Positions 40,591 to 56,264 of a DNA stretch of 64,000 bases are shown here, piece by piece. The notes beneath the pieces were generated by a model. That model made no database searches, was not told where the DNA came from, and saw only the letters and a list, made by a program, of their open reading frames with translations. The position numbers and the translations under genes are program-made. Positions within the stretch are counted from its first letter, which is position 1, and every line of letters begins with the position of its first letter. This DNA comes from the human T2T-CHM13v2.0 reference genome, Homo sapiens, in assembly GCF_009914755.1 (NCBI RefSeq), contig NC_060931.1, one strand, 5' to 3'.

Positions 40591-42767
40591 GAAAACCCAT
40601 TGCGTTTACTCCTCTACCTCCCATTCACCTCTTTTAGGCCAGGGGCAATTGAATGACTTAACTGGAGTCATGCAAATGGAAGGCACAGGATTTGAGCCCA
40701 TCGCAAACCCAGCAGGACCAGTGAGGCACAGCGTCCCTCTGAGCAGCCAGCAGGCGCCTGGGCCTGGAGGGGCTGCACCCTCACACCCCCTCACATCCCT
40801 GGGAACACCATAGGTTACTCATCAACTTCCTCATTCTTCTCCCTGTGCTTTCTTTGGCCTGGGCCTGGTCTGGGCCTTAGGGTGCTGGTCCCAAGCTTCC
40901 CCAAGTCAGGGAGTGACGGGACTATTCTAGAATCCCATCCTGTCTGTTCCCTGCCCAGGTCAGCACAACAAGAGGGAGACTCTGGTAGCTTCCCAGAGAC
41001 CCCTCTCTCCTCCTTAGCAGGTGGGGGCAGGAGTCAGGCCAACGTGGTCCCCTCATCTCCAGGAACTTCTCCTGCTTCACTGCAGCCCCTGCCTGTGCCC
41101 TGTCCCTCTGAAAGCACAAGCTCACTCTCCTCTCCCACCACTGGTCCTCACCCACTCCTGTCCTCACCTCAGGGCACCAGGCCCCAGGTCCCCACGCTTG
41201 GCCTCACCTCCCACCTCCTCAGATGTGTGCATTGCCCAACAGGCACATCAGATGCCGCTTAGGTTGCTAAAGCTTTGGGAGGCAAAAAGCTTGAAGTTTG
41301 ATACTGTTTTAGAAAAAGACATCAAATCACTTATGGGAAACCAGGATTTGTTGACCTTCATTGCACCTGTGTAGAGTTTAAGCTGGTTTTTCTTTTGAAT
41401 TGGATAGGTGGGTGGTGGTGGCGCTCATCTTGCAGGGCTGACAGCCCCTATACATGTTGTTCTGGCCCTGGCCAGCCTGCATGCGGGTCAGTCCCTTCTC
41501 CAGCTTCTCACTTACTCTCACCAGGGCCTGAACATCACAGGGAGGCCAGGGCATGAGAAGAGCTGGAGAGAGGAGAAGGTGGGAGAGCCCTTCAGTCTGG
41601 AGTTTGCTGACTGTGGGATGGGGTGCGGGGCAGAGTGCAGGGCACAGATGGGAATGCTGGGGAGGGGTGGGACTGGGCCAGGGAGAAGCACAGGGGATGA
41701 CAGATCACCCTAGGGGTTCCCATTTTGGATAGTGGTCAAGGACCACAGACGGCATCAACTCCCTGATGGCTACAGAGGGGGAAGATACAGGCCTGTCCTC
41801 AGAACATCAGCCTGGCCATTGGAAGTGGAGCACTGGATTAAGAGTCCCCAGTGACCTCATCATGTCCTTGATGGATGTGGGACCTCTCTGGAGAAAGGCA
41901 GTGTCGGCTTGGGTTTGACAGACACTCATGGAAGGACCTCCATGGGTTGTGACTGCACACACTGGGCTCACCATGCTTATTTTGACCACATGGACAGCCT
42001 GTTGGTCCCAGCTACTCAGGAGGCTGGGACAGGCGGATGGCTTGAGCCCAGCAATTCAACTCCAGCCTGGGCAAGACCCTATCTCTCAAAAAATATAAAT
42101 AAATTAATAAAAATATGTCAACACTGTCTGGTAGGTGGTCTGGTTATGGGAATGGGGGTGTGAGTGGAGGCCTTTGAGGCCCCTCCCTGTGCCCTGTCGC
42201 CTTCTGTCCATTTAGAGGAGTGTGTATGTGAGGAAGATGAGGCAGAAGAAGCCAAGTATGGGCCCCGACTCCCCTATCAGGTGGGAGAGCTGGGGACATA
42301 ACTCCCAGTGGGCACCAGGAGGCAGTGCAGCCCCAGCATCAGGCCCTTCCCACAGGGGAGCCCTGGCTTCAGCAGCTGCAGAGGCAGTAAACTCCTGGGG
42401 CTAGATCAACGTTTTTGGATTTTAAGAAGTAAAAGACGTTTTGAGGGTCATGAACTTGGTGCAGGTCTTTGCAGTACCAGGTGGACAAACCTCATCTGGG
42501 GAAAAAATCGTGAGACCAGGTTCTGCTCTCCAGCTCTGATGAGAAAAGCAAGTTTTCCCTCCTCTCTTTGCCACAGTTTCTCTACTTATCAGATTGAAAT
42601 GGTGTCTTCCCCACCTACTGCTCAAAGATCTCTCGTGCCATTGATGTGAAACACTTTTCCCATGTTCAAGGTGGCTGGCCTAGTCATTGGCATCCCTGTG
42701 GCAAAGAAATGTACCAACGTTATGCCTTTACAAATGGATTCATAAAGAGTCCGTTTTTTTTTTTTCA

Positions 42768-43060
42768 GGCTGGGCACGGTGGCTCAGGCCTGTAATCCCA
42801 GCACTTTGGGAGGCCAAGGCGAGAGGATCACTGAGGTCAGGAGTTTGAGACCAGCCTTGCCAACATGGTGAAACCCTGTCTCTACTAAAAATACAAAAAT
42901 TAGCCTGGCGTGGTGGCACGCACCTGTAATCCCAGCTACCCAGGAGGTTGAGGCACGAGAATCTCTTGAACCCAGGAGGCGGAGGTTGCAGTGAGCCAGG
43001 ATTGTGCCACTGCATTCCAGCCTGGGTGATAGAGTGAGACTCGGTCTTAAAAAAAAAAAA
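42768..43060 (+). mobile_element. Alu (AluS-like)
   Basis: Dimeric Alu; TSD-like agtc(c/t)gtttttt. Confidence 0.92.
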
Positions 43061-44784
43061 GTCTGTTTTTTGGAATTAATTTTCCGTAGATGGAAAGATG
43101 CAGCAGATGCGTGATGCTCTGGCTTCCATGGCCACAGATGGCCCGGAACAGTCACTAGCTAGTTTGTCCTCAAAAGAAGTGAGACCCGCAGAGAGTCAAA
43201 GTCATCAAACCTGGCCTGCAGGAGACCTCAGCAGCACCTGGGAGCCTCTCAAGTGCAGGGGTGGGGGACAGTCTGTGGCTATCCACTGCTGAATGTCCAC
43301 TGCTAGGGCCTTCCCTTTACTAGAAGTTTCTATCGCTAAAAAGCAACAATCTCTCAAAGTGAGAGGAGGGAGAAGAAGGATATGAATTTCTGCGTGGCCA
43401 ACCTGACAACATTTTCTGAAAGAGCTTGGGTCTGTGCAGTCTGAGGAAGGCAGTGAGGCCAGCACAGGACAAGACAACCACAGGATGAATTCCTAGAGCC
43501 AGGTTTTGAGCACATCCCCTGGGAGGGGCAGGCAATGCATGCTGGAATAATCCAGTGAGGCCATACTTGCTTACTGAGAGGAAGACTTTGCAGGTAGATG
43601 CGACTTTCTAATAGGGCATCAGGTTCTAAAAGTCTATTCCGCCCAGATAATTTATATGAATCTCAACCATGTGCATCAGGTAGGTGCCAGTTCTCACTCG
43701 ATCCTGAGAAAGTTCCCTAACTTGTTTTTTTAAGAGTCAAATTTCTTATTTGGAGAACACGGATGATTGTCTCTACCTCATGGCATTGTGGTGAAGATAA
43801 AATGAGATTATATCTACCAAGCGCCTAGCAGAGCATGTAGGATGCAGTATAAGCTCAGTAAATGTTAGTGTGGCAGGTTGCTGGGTGAGCGACTGTGAAA
43901 TTTTGGTTGTTTAGTTCAGGGGTCTTTGTTTAAGTGCTTCTGGTAATCCTTGTTGGGTGGGGGCAGAAGAGTGGGTTTGTGGTTTATTAGGGAAAAATGA
44001 AAGGTATTTTCCTTCTTCCAGGAAAAGAGCCAGACTTTCCTGTTCAAGGTCTTGACCCCTGTTCCAGCCCCACTTATAGCCAAAAGTAGGAATGAAGATG
44101 GCCTTGTGGTTTTAAGGCTGATGCCCTGTCATGGCAAAAAGAGGCAGAACGGATGCCTTGTGTTGTGGAGACTCGAAAAGGGGTGGTGGCCTGAGGCTGT
44201 CATCTGTCTCCTGAGGACTGGAGAGAGCCAGCCTTCCCTTCGGCATGGCCTCTGAGGAGAGGTCAGCTGTTGCATACTGTGGGGCCTGCGCAGGCCCAGT
44301 GGGGAGGGCGGGGGTGGCCTGGAGCCCTTCTCCTTGGCACTGCCCCGCCAGATGCAGAGGGGAGGCTCAGGAGTGAGTGCTGTGGCTGAGGCTGCAGAGC
44401 TGCCCAGGTGGCGTGCAACTTTCCTGCCAGATGTGGGGAGCTGCCCTGACCTGGGACCCCGGATCTGGACCACTGGAGGACCTTTTCAGGGCTGTGTAAC
44501 CTCAGCCCCCACCCAAGGTTCTTGTGGTATCCATAGGGGGAGTCCTCATGTGCCTGATTTTAAATACGTGCCAGTCTTAGTGGGTAGGAGAAGGAATCCG
44601 TTCAAAATAAACCAGAGGACAACACATTTGACATGACTGGCCCCTTGGGAAGAACATGGATAACACTGCCCTAGGTCTTGGGATCTCAGCAAGTCAGTGC
44701 CAGACAAAACTGCTCAAGTGATTTTCATATTGTGGTTTTGATGTTCTTGACATAAAATGGGCAGAGGCCTGAGGAGTCACAAAC

Positions 44785-44788
<4 letters not shown>

Positions 44789-44852
<64 letters not shown>
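44789..44852. repeat. Compound microsatellite (CA)24 running into (CAG)6
   Basis: Read directly from the sequence. Confidence 0.97.
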
Positions 44853-44854
<2 letters not shown>

Positions 44855-46928
44855 AGTAAGAAGTAGAATGAGCCAGGACTAAAGCCGAGTAAAATGCAAA
44901 TATAAAATATACACACAGTGACACCAGACAGCCAGGTACACATCCAGGGATACATCTCAAACATACTGGTGAGGAGATGGGTATGGGAGCAAAAGGAATC
45001 TTAAGCAAAAAAAAAAAGCCAGAAGAGGGGTCACGTGCCCTGTCAGTGATGATAGTGTTCCGAGGCTGGGAGGATGACAAGCACAGTTCTCTGCAGACAT
45101 GGCCCACAGAGGTAACAGCCAGGCAAAAATGGTGGGCAGAAGCCCCAGAGGGTCTCTCCAGATGCCATGAAACCTACAAGAAATGCCATGAGGCTGTGGG
45201 GAATTTGTTAGGCACATGGAGCGATTTCCAGGCCTGTGTCTGCCCTTCTGTCCCTGTTGAGTTACCAGTGTTGACTCACACCCTGGCACCTGGATGGATT
45301 TGTGTGGGTCGCCTGGCGATCGCGTAGGTTCCTGTAAATACAAACAGCCTAGGTCTGACAGGAATTTCCTTACTGCTTTCCTTCAGAATTGATATTAGAA
45401 GTAAATTGCTCTCTTTAAAGTGTTCAACCCTAACATGTCCCACTGGGAAAACTCTCTCTTTTTCTGTGGCCAAACACTATCAGGCTTTGTGAATTTTATA
45501 GAAGAACCAGAATTGAGGGCCAGACCTCACCCTGGGAAGCCCTGGCCATGTCTTTAAGTGATGGGGCTTGTCTGTGAATTGTCCTTGTTGGAAAGATGGA
45601 GGATAGCTTTAGTGCTGGCCACCATTGCTGGTGACACACAGCCTTATCCAAGGAAGTACATTAAGAACTCAGTGCTTGTGGCCATCAAAGAGATTCCAGT
45701 CTCTTTTTGGAGGAACTGGTTAAATCTATTATGATCTAATCAGACAATGTAATATTTTGCCCCTACAAAAAATCCTGCTTTTGAGGCCTTCTTATTGACA
45801 TTGGAAAATGTAAATGTTACATCTGCTGAAATAATATTTAGCGAGTGCCTTTGCCCAGAACATGAACTGATTAGGGCCAAGCTGAAGCACAAACAAGTCA
45901 CATAAGAACCTGCTGGGAAGAACTCTGGCAGTAAAAACTGTTTTCCATACCATAGCTGACTGGTTTGCTTTTCAGACCTTGTGAGCCAGAGGAGATGTTC
46001 CCAGAATCACACAGTGCAGGAGGCTTGGTCCTGGAAAACTGTCAGGTGGTCAGCAGTGAGTGATGAACGATGTGATCACAGCGGCGTTTCCCAGCCAGGC
46101 CTCGTGCAGGGGCCACGCCTTCCTACCTCCTCATACACCCTGGTCCCAAAGTCATCTTGGAAGCACAGGCTCTGAACCCTTATCTAAGGATTAAAGAATA
46201 GCAGAAAAACCAGACATTTAGAGGTATTTAGACATTTAAAAGAGCCCATGAAATCCAGGCGGCCTGTGTGACCTTCATTTTCTCCTACGAGAGAGATGCA
46301 GGGACTTGGGTGCTGTGCTGTCCCCGAGGCCATGGGACAACCCCCCTACCCCGCAGGAGTAGGGGTGCTCTGTGTGTAGCTGCACTCAGTCTCTCCACCG
46401 CCTCCTGTTCCAGGACACCGTCATTCAATAAGGCTAAGATTTTGTTTTTAATGTTCATAAAGCCTCTTAATCCTGAGAACGGCTTGACTGTGCATTGAGT
46501 TCCTGAGAACAGGACTAAAATATCTATACAATATGAGTCCAATTATATTTATGGCTAAGCATCCAAATATACCTAGAAAAAAAAAGCTTAGAAGGAAATG
46601 GGCCAACATATTAACAGCTTCCCTCCCACCTTCCCCCGCACACAAATGTGATGGTTTTAAGGGAAGTTTAAATGTTTCCTTAAAAACAGCTTTATTGAGA
46701 TATAATTGATACTGAACTTTGCTTTAAGCAAACAAAAAATGAACATTAAGATTTATTTTTTAAGATTTAGGGTATAAGAAAATGAAATAAAAGGCATCCA
46801 GATAGTAAAAGATGAAGAAAAACTGTATTTGCAGATGATATGATCTTATATATAGAAAATCCTAAGGAATCCATGAAAAAACTATTAGAACTAGTAACCA
46901 AGTTGGGCAAAATTGCAGTATACAATGA

Positions 46929-47255
<327 letters not shown>

Positions 47256-48344
47256 AAATCAATTGTATTTCTATACACTGGCAACGAACAATCCAAAAAT
47301 GAAATTAAGAAAACAATTCCATTTATTAATATAATAAAAAAGAATAAAATACTTAGGAAGTTAATAAAAGAAGTACAAAACTTATACTCTATAAACTACA
47401 AAACACTGTTGAAAAATGTTAGACAATGTAAAAAGATGGACAGACATCTCATGTTCATGGATCAGAAGACCGAATATTGTTAAGATGGCAATACTCCCCA
47501 AACTGATCTACAGATTTAACAGAATCCCTATCAGCACACACAACCACCCCCTGCCCCCCAGCTGGCTTCTTTGCAAAAATGGGCAAATTAATTCTAATAT
47601 TCACATAGAAACTCAAAAGACCTAGAATAGCCAAAATGATACAGAAAAAGAAGAACAAAATTGGAGGACTCAAACTTCTGATTTCAAAACCTATAAATCT
47701 ACAGTAATCAAGACAGTGTGGTACTGGCATTAAGATAGACATATAGATCAGTAGAATAGAACCAAGCATCCAGAAATTCTTACATTTACAGTCAACTGAT
47801 GTCCAACAAAAGTGCCAAAATAATTCAATCAGAGAAAGAAGAGTCTTTTCAACAAATGGTGCTGGGACTAGATATCCACATGCAGAAGAATGAACTTGGA
47901 CTCCTAATTTACTAAAAATGGATCAAATACCTAAATTTGAGAGATAAAAAACTCTTAGAAGAAAACACAGGGGTGAATCTTCATTACCTTGAATTTGGCA
48001 ATGGTTTGTGAGATATGACATCAAAAGTATGAACAACAAAAGAAAAAAATAAATAGAAATTCATCAACATTAAAAATTCTGTGCTACAGAGGACACTATT
48101 CAGAAAGTGAAAGACAACACACACAATGGAAGAAAATATTTGCAAATCATATATTTGTTAAGGGACTTGTATTCTAGAATATATAGAACTCTTAAAACTC
48201 AACAATAAGACAAACTCAATTAAAAAGTGGGCAAAGAATCTCAATAGACATTTGTCCAAATATACAACCACATGAAAAGAGGTTCAGCACAACCGTCAAA
48301 GAAATGCTAATAAAAACCACAATGAGATACTATTTTACATCCAC

Positions 48345-48696
48345 TGTATTAGTCCATTTTCATGCTGCTGATAAAGACATACCTGAGACTGGACAATTTA
48401 CAAAAGAAAGAGGTTTAATGGCTTACAGTCCACATGACTGGGGAGGCCTCACAATCATGGCAGAAGGCAAGGAGGAGCAAGTAACATCTTAGGTGGATGG
48501 CGGCAGGCAAAGAGAGAGATTGGGCAGGGAAACTCCCCCTTATAATACCATCAGATCTTGTGAGACTTATTTGCTATCACTAGAACAGCATGGGAAAGTC
48601 CTGCCCCCATGACTCAATTACCTCCCACCAGGTCCCTCCCACAACACATGAGAATTCAAGATGAGATGTGGGTGGGGACACAGCCAAACCATATCA
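48345..48696 (-). mobile_element. THE1 solo LTR (MaLR)
   Basis: The minus strand starts TGATATGGTTTGGCTGTGTCCCCACC; 5-bp TSD tccac. Confidence 0.92.
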
Positions 48697-48875
48697 TCCA
48701 CTATGATGGCTTTCCTCAAAAAAGCAGATAACAAGTGTTAGTGAGAATGTGGAGGAAGCAAAAGTTCCACACGCTGCTGGTGGGAATGTAGAATGGTGGA
48801 TCTACTTTGGAAAACAGTCTGGCAGTTCCTTCAAAAAGTAAACACAGGGTTATCATTTGACCCGGCAATTCCACT

Positions 48876-49513
48876 TGTTAAAAACAAACTGAGGGCTGGG
48901 GCACGGTGGCTCATGCCTGTAATCCCAGTACTTTGGGAGGCTAAGGCAGGAGGATTGCTTGAGTTCAAGAGTTCGAGACCAGTCTGGGTGACATAGCAAA
49001 ACCCTGTCTCTACAAAAATACAAAAATTAACCAGACATGGTGGCACGCACCTGTGGTACCAGGTACTCCTCCCACCCAGGAGGCTGAGGTGGGAGGACTG
49101 CTTGAGCCTGGGAGGCAGAGGCTGCAGTGAGCTGAGATCATGCCACTATACTCCATCTTGGGTGACTGAGTGAAACCCTGTCTAAATAAATAAATACTGA
49201 GGCACATGAAAATTTTTAATGAGTTTATTTGAGCATTCAGTGATTCATGAATTCATCAGTACCAGACCACAGCAGTTCAGTGAAGGCGTGCAAGAAGAAA
49301 CTTTTATAAGGTGTTTGTGGAAGCAAGACAATGAAAATACTTGATTGGTTAAGGTGGAAAGTCCTTAGTTAGAGGTTAGTTGGTGGCTTCTGATTGGTTA
49401 AGCTTTAGTTTCATTTACTGTTTACATCAAATTGGGTTTTGGTTTGCTTACATAGGAACCCAATGTGCTGGAGCTGTCTCAGCCTAATAGCCTCCCAATT
49501 AACTATTTTAACA
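48876..49513 (-). mobile_element. MER93-like ERV1 solo LTR containing an Alu (48893-49196, +)
   Basis: The minus strand starts TGTTAAAATAGTTAATTGGGAGGCTATTAGGCTGAG; repeated CCAATC; near-TSD cact/catt. Confidence 0.75.
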
Positions 49514-50159
49514 CATTCCTAGGTGTATACCCAAGAGAACTGAAAGCATGTGTTTACACATAAACTTGCCTGTGAATGTTTGTATCTGCATTATTCATAA
49601 TAGCGTAAAGGTGGAAAGAACCTAGTGTCCATCAACTGATGGCTAAACAAAATGTAACATGTCAATACAATGGCATCTTATTTGTCATAAAAAGGAATGA
49701 AGCACTCATACATGCCACAACATGGATGAAACTGAAAAACATTTTGCAAAATGAAAGAAGCCAGTCACAAAAGACCACATATTCTATGATTCCATATATA
49801 GGAAATGTCCAGAACAGACAAATCTATGAAGATGGAAAGATTAGTGGTTGCCTAGGACTGGGAGGTGGCGTGAGGAGATTGGGGAGTGATAGCTAATGAA
49901 TACAAAGTTTCTTTGGGGGATTATAAAAATTTACTAAAATTGATTGTGGTGACGGTCACACAATTCTGTAAATGTACTAAAAACCATTGAATTGCACACT
50001 TAAAATTGAATTGTAAAGCATGTGATATCTCAATAAAACTGTTATAAAAATATTTAGGTGCTAATTAGTTTGGAAGAGTCATTACTTTAAAATAATTCAC
50101 AACACTATTTCCTTAACTATCAAACTTAAAAAGTGCATTTAAAACTATGGTTCAATTCC

Positions 50160-50934
<775 letters not shown>

Positions 50935-51634
50935 TCATGGCTCATGAGTGTTCTGTAAGCAAGAAATAGATCAGCCATGGTCCAGAACTGTAGCATGGGA
51001 AGACAATCCATTCAGACTTATGAATAATCACTGTTCACTGGCTTATCATCACATCCACTCTAGAACACAGGACTCCTCAGGGATGTAGTTTAAGTTCCCT
51101 ACAATTGGGGTCAAAGGTCACTCCTTTACAATGGGGAGACTTCTATTCCCCATTCATCGAACCTGAGTGGGTTTTACTTGTTTGTATTTTTAGAAAAAGA
51201 AGCAAAACTGTATATTCCTCCTTAAATTTAATCTTAAATTTCTTTATGCCCAGCTTCTTGGCAGATACTTCTTCATGAGACTGTTTTAGATATTCGCATA
51301 TATCACACACTTACATACACATATCTGACATTCCATTCACAGTGTGACATTTTCCATCAGTGCCTTTCCTGGGCACTGATGAATTCACAATTGCACTTAA
51401 GGGAGTAGATAAAATTCTGAATCCCGGATTGGCCTGAATTCACATTAAGACAGCCATGATAAGTCTGTGAGCATAATGAATGTCTTCTGCATCTTAGAAT
51501 TCCGGAGACCTGGATTCTTATAATAGACTCCCTCCCCCACTACCATTTACCAGCAACCAGACTCAGGGTCTTCAGCTAGAATGAGGGCTGATCACACCTG
51601 CGCAGCCATCCTCGCCGATCTGGGGAGGTCATGA

Positions 51635-51985
<351 letters not shown>

Positions 51986-54030
51986 TGTTTCCACCATTTA
52001 TTGATGAGGGGACCTTGGAAATTTTACTTTACCTCTTTGATCCTTAGATCTTTTATCTGTAAAGATGGACACTAGTATCTGCCCACAGATGAGCTATATA
52101 GATTAAATGGGATCAATGTATTTAAACAGCATGAGGTAAGTGCTCAATAAATGGTAGTTATTGTTATTGCTATTACCCTGGCGTTTATAGCAGTTCCATC
52201 AATACTATCACCAGTTTTGTCAGCCTCATCCGTATGCTTGGAACAACAAAAAAGATATTTTTGGAGTAGAGGATGAGAAAGTTTGGAAAATGCGGAGAAG
52301 GATGCATCATGGGTACGGGGAAAGTTAGGAGGAAATGGCCTTTCTGAAGTGAAGGGCTGTGGAGAGTGGAAAACTGGGGCCAAGAAGTCAGGAGGAGCCA
52401 GACAGTGAATGCCTCGGAAAGCTGGATTCAGACCTTTGATCTTAGTCCTGAAAGCGTCAACCTCTGTGACTGGTTTTAGTGCTGGCCAGAATGACTGGAG
52501 CCCTCTCTGGTGACCCAGACCCTGGAACCAGGTCTTCACAGCAGCAGAGCTTCTGAGCAAATAAGGCAGTGGGCAGGGCCCACGGTAGAGAGAGGTCCCA
52601 GTTGGGTCTCCTCACTTTGCCAAGGACTCTCATGGTTAGCCCCAGGGGTCAGTGGCTCCCTGTGGCCATAGCACTAGCTGGACTCACTTGGGCATCAGGC
52701 TCTCAGGCATGGCCTAATACCCTGACTATGCTTTTATCTTTAAATCTTTTTTTTTTTAAGTAATAAATGATTAGTGTGGAAAATCCAGAAAATTCTCCAC
52801 ATGGCAAAAAAGAAAATAAAAACAGCAATTTCATATTTTAATTCTAACTACTGACTTTTTGCATCTACACAGTTTTAAAAAATAGTTTTGTAATACACTT
52901 TTTTCATTATGATAGAGCGTAAACATTTTCTCAAGCCTTAAATATTCCTATTCAATCGCACTCTAATCGATCACATAGGCTAAATGAGTTAATATATGTA
53001 TAGCTCTTAAATCAATGAGTGGCATATGGTAAGCACTCAGTATATCTTAGCAATGATTATACTAGGGATATATATTTAAACCACATGTATAATTAAATCA
53101 GCCCTTTATTATTAGACTTGAGGATGGTTTTCACTTTTTCATTTATATTGTAATGCTCCAGTGTGCATCTGTGTGAACAAATGTGTACTCAACGTCTCTG
53201 AGGACTTCCTCAGGATGTATTCCTAGTACAATGGCTGGGCCACAGAATATGCAATTTTTTTGATTATCAGTACAGGTTCCTAAGTACCGTTACCATTTAT
53301 ATGTGCTCTCAGATATTTAAAAAAAAAAATTTTTCTCTCCTGATGAGGCTGGGTTTGGAATTGGTTTCCCTCCTGAGAGAGAGGAGTTCTGCAGCTGAAA
53401 AAAACAAAAAAAATTGACTGCTCCATTTTATGACAGCAGCTGCAAGTTGTGACCCCAGAGGCTTAAAGAAAAGCTGAGAACAGCTCTGCCATGTAACCAG
53501 TTATGAGGTTTTGGGTAAGGTAACCAACTTTTCTACATCTCAATTTCTTGACCTGTAGAATGGTTTTAACAACACCTGCAACCCTTAAAGTTGATGAGAT
53601 GATTAAATGAGAATTCTAAATCTCATCCAACGGTGGTCAGCACATAGGGTTCCTACATGAGAGTACACATTAGTAGACACAGAAGTTGCACGATCACAGT
53701 ACAGTAGCATGCCAGCAATAGCTGTACCAGCCAGAACTGAAAAGCCCAGCCACAACCCTTACCACTGCCTCCTCTAACGGCTCTAGCCAAATGGAGACAA
53801 TATCGGTGTGCTTTGGGCTGGCCCTTCCCCGCGACCCCAGCAATCTGGACAAGAATACGAGCCTTCGTCTCTCCCCCACCTCTTCTGCTGGCCACAGTGG
53901 GAGACATCAAAAACCTCACAAGTTTACCCCTCCCCACTGGCCATGGAAGTGTCAGAGACCCAAGCCTGGGCGGCCTGAGGCCTACCTCACCCTTGGGAAG
54001 CCAGGAAGCGGTCCTGATCTGCCGGCAGTG

Positions 54031-54228
54031 GGCCTGATCTGCCAAAAGTGAGCCTAATCCCTCAGAAGCCAGCACTATACTGTATTCCGGAAATGAGGTG
54101 ATTCTCCCGAAAGAGGCCTGATCTACCAAAAGTGAGCCTAATCCATCAGAAGCCAGCACTATACTGTATTCCGGAAATGAGGTGATTCTCCAGAAAGAGG
54201 CCTGACCTGCCAGAAGTGGGCCTAACCC
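54031..54228. repeat. 84-bp tandem repeat, about 2.4 copies
   Basis: ggcctga starts at 54031, 54115 and 54199; the first two copies are nearly identical. Confidence 0.93.
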
Positions 54229-54311
54229 ACGGGAAGTAAGCTTGATCCTGTCGGAAGCTGACTTGGCCAGCCAGAAGTGAGGATGAGGCTTAGTTGGCAA
54301 GGTTGGGATGA

Positions 54312-54690
<379 letters not shown>

Positions 54691-55592
54691 TGAAAATAGT
54701 TACTTTTAATAGTAATGTTATTCATGTTAGCATATAATAGGTTCGTTGTTATTTTTATAATAAATGAATTAATGCATTTCTTTAAATTCTCAATTTTAAT
54801 TTGTAATATGGTAAATACAGATAGATTTAACCCATGTAAATAAAATTTATTTGGGGTCTTCTGATTTATTAGAGTATAAATGGATACTGAGACCAAAAGT
54901 TATGTACTGTTCTAATACATAAGGCATGTGCCTCAACTTATTTAGATCTTCAGTAGTTTCAACAAATGTTTATAATTGTCACTCTACAAATCTTGCACAT
55001 CTTTGATTATATTTATTGCTAGATATTTACATATTTTGATGCTATTGTAAATGCTATATTTAAATTTACATTTTTAAAATTGTTGTAGGTATGTAGAAAT
55101 ACCATTTTTTTCCTGTTTTGCATACAGTGACCTTGCTAAATACTCTTGTTCATTTTAATAAATATAGTGCTTTGGGTATTTTTAATAGGTAAACTAGGAA
55201 TAAAAGGGAATCTTCTTTACCTGATAAAGGATATCTGCAAATATAAAATTAAGCAAAAATTATACATAATGATGAAATGATAAAAATAATTCCCTTTAAT
55301 ATCAGAAAGAAGACAAGAGTGCTTTCTATTCCCTACTTCTATTCAACATTGCAACTGGAAGTTCTAGCCAGTGCAGTGAGGCAAAGAGGGAAAGAAAGGT
55401 ACAATGATTGGAAAATGAAATAGGGGGCATATGGCTGTCAGATAAGTGGCAGATGTCCCTACTGTACTTTGCTGTAGTTTTTTTGTTTTTTCAGACACCT
55501 TATCAAGTCGAAGAGGTTTTCTTCTAATTCTAGTTACTAAAAGTTTTTTGATCTATTTTAGAATTAATTCATGTGTCCTTGGCATCTACCAC

Positions 55593-56264
55593 TGATGTGG
55601 TTTGGGCTGTGTCCCCACCTACATCTCATCTTGTAGTTCCCATAATTCCCACATGTTTTGGGAGGGACCCAGTGGGAGGTAACTGAATTATGGGGGCGGC
55701 TACCCCCATGCTGTTCTTGTGATAGTGAGTGAGTTCTCACGAGATGTGATGGTTTTAAAAGGGGCTTCCCCCTTTGCTCGTCTTTCATTCTCTCTCTTGC
55801 CACCCTTTGAAGAGGTGCCTTCCGCCATGATTGTAAGTTTCCTGGCTGGGCCAGTGGCTCATGCCTGTAATCCCAGCACTTTGGGAGGCCGAGGCAGGCG
55901 GATAACTTGAGGTCAGGAGCTTGAGACCAGCCTGGCCAGCATGGTGAAACTCCATCTCTACTAAAAATACAAAAAAAGATTAGCCACGTGTGGTAGTACA
56001 TGCCTGCAGTCCCAGCTACTGAGGAGGCTGAGGCAGGAGAATCGTTTGAACCCAGGAGGTGGAGGCTGCAGTGAGTCGAATTGCACCACTGCACTCCAGC
56101 CTAGGCAACAGAGCGAAACTGCCATCTCAAAAAAAAAAAAAAAAAAAGTAACTTTCCTAAGGCCTCCCCAGCCATGCAGAATTTTGAGTCAATTAAACCT
56201 CTTTTCTTTATAAATTACCCAGTCTTGGTATTTCTTCATAGCAGCGTGAGAATGGACTAATACA
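55593..56264 (+). mobile_element. THE1/MST-type MaLR LTR with an Alu insertion (55843-56147)
   Basis: TGATGTGGTTTGGGCTGTGTCCCCACC...GGACTAATACA; near-TSD accac/accat; Alu TSD gtaa(g/c)tttcct. Confidence 0.88.

Noticed and set aside
54031-54228. 84-bp period as a C2H2 zinc-finger array or CRISPR-like array
   Set aside because: No Cys/His spacing or TGEKPY linker in the frames I read, and no unique spacers.
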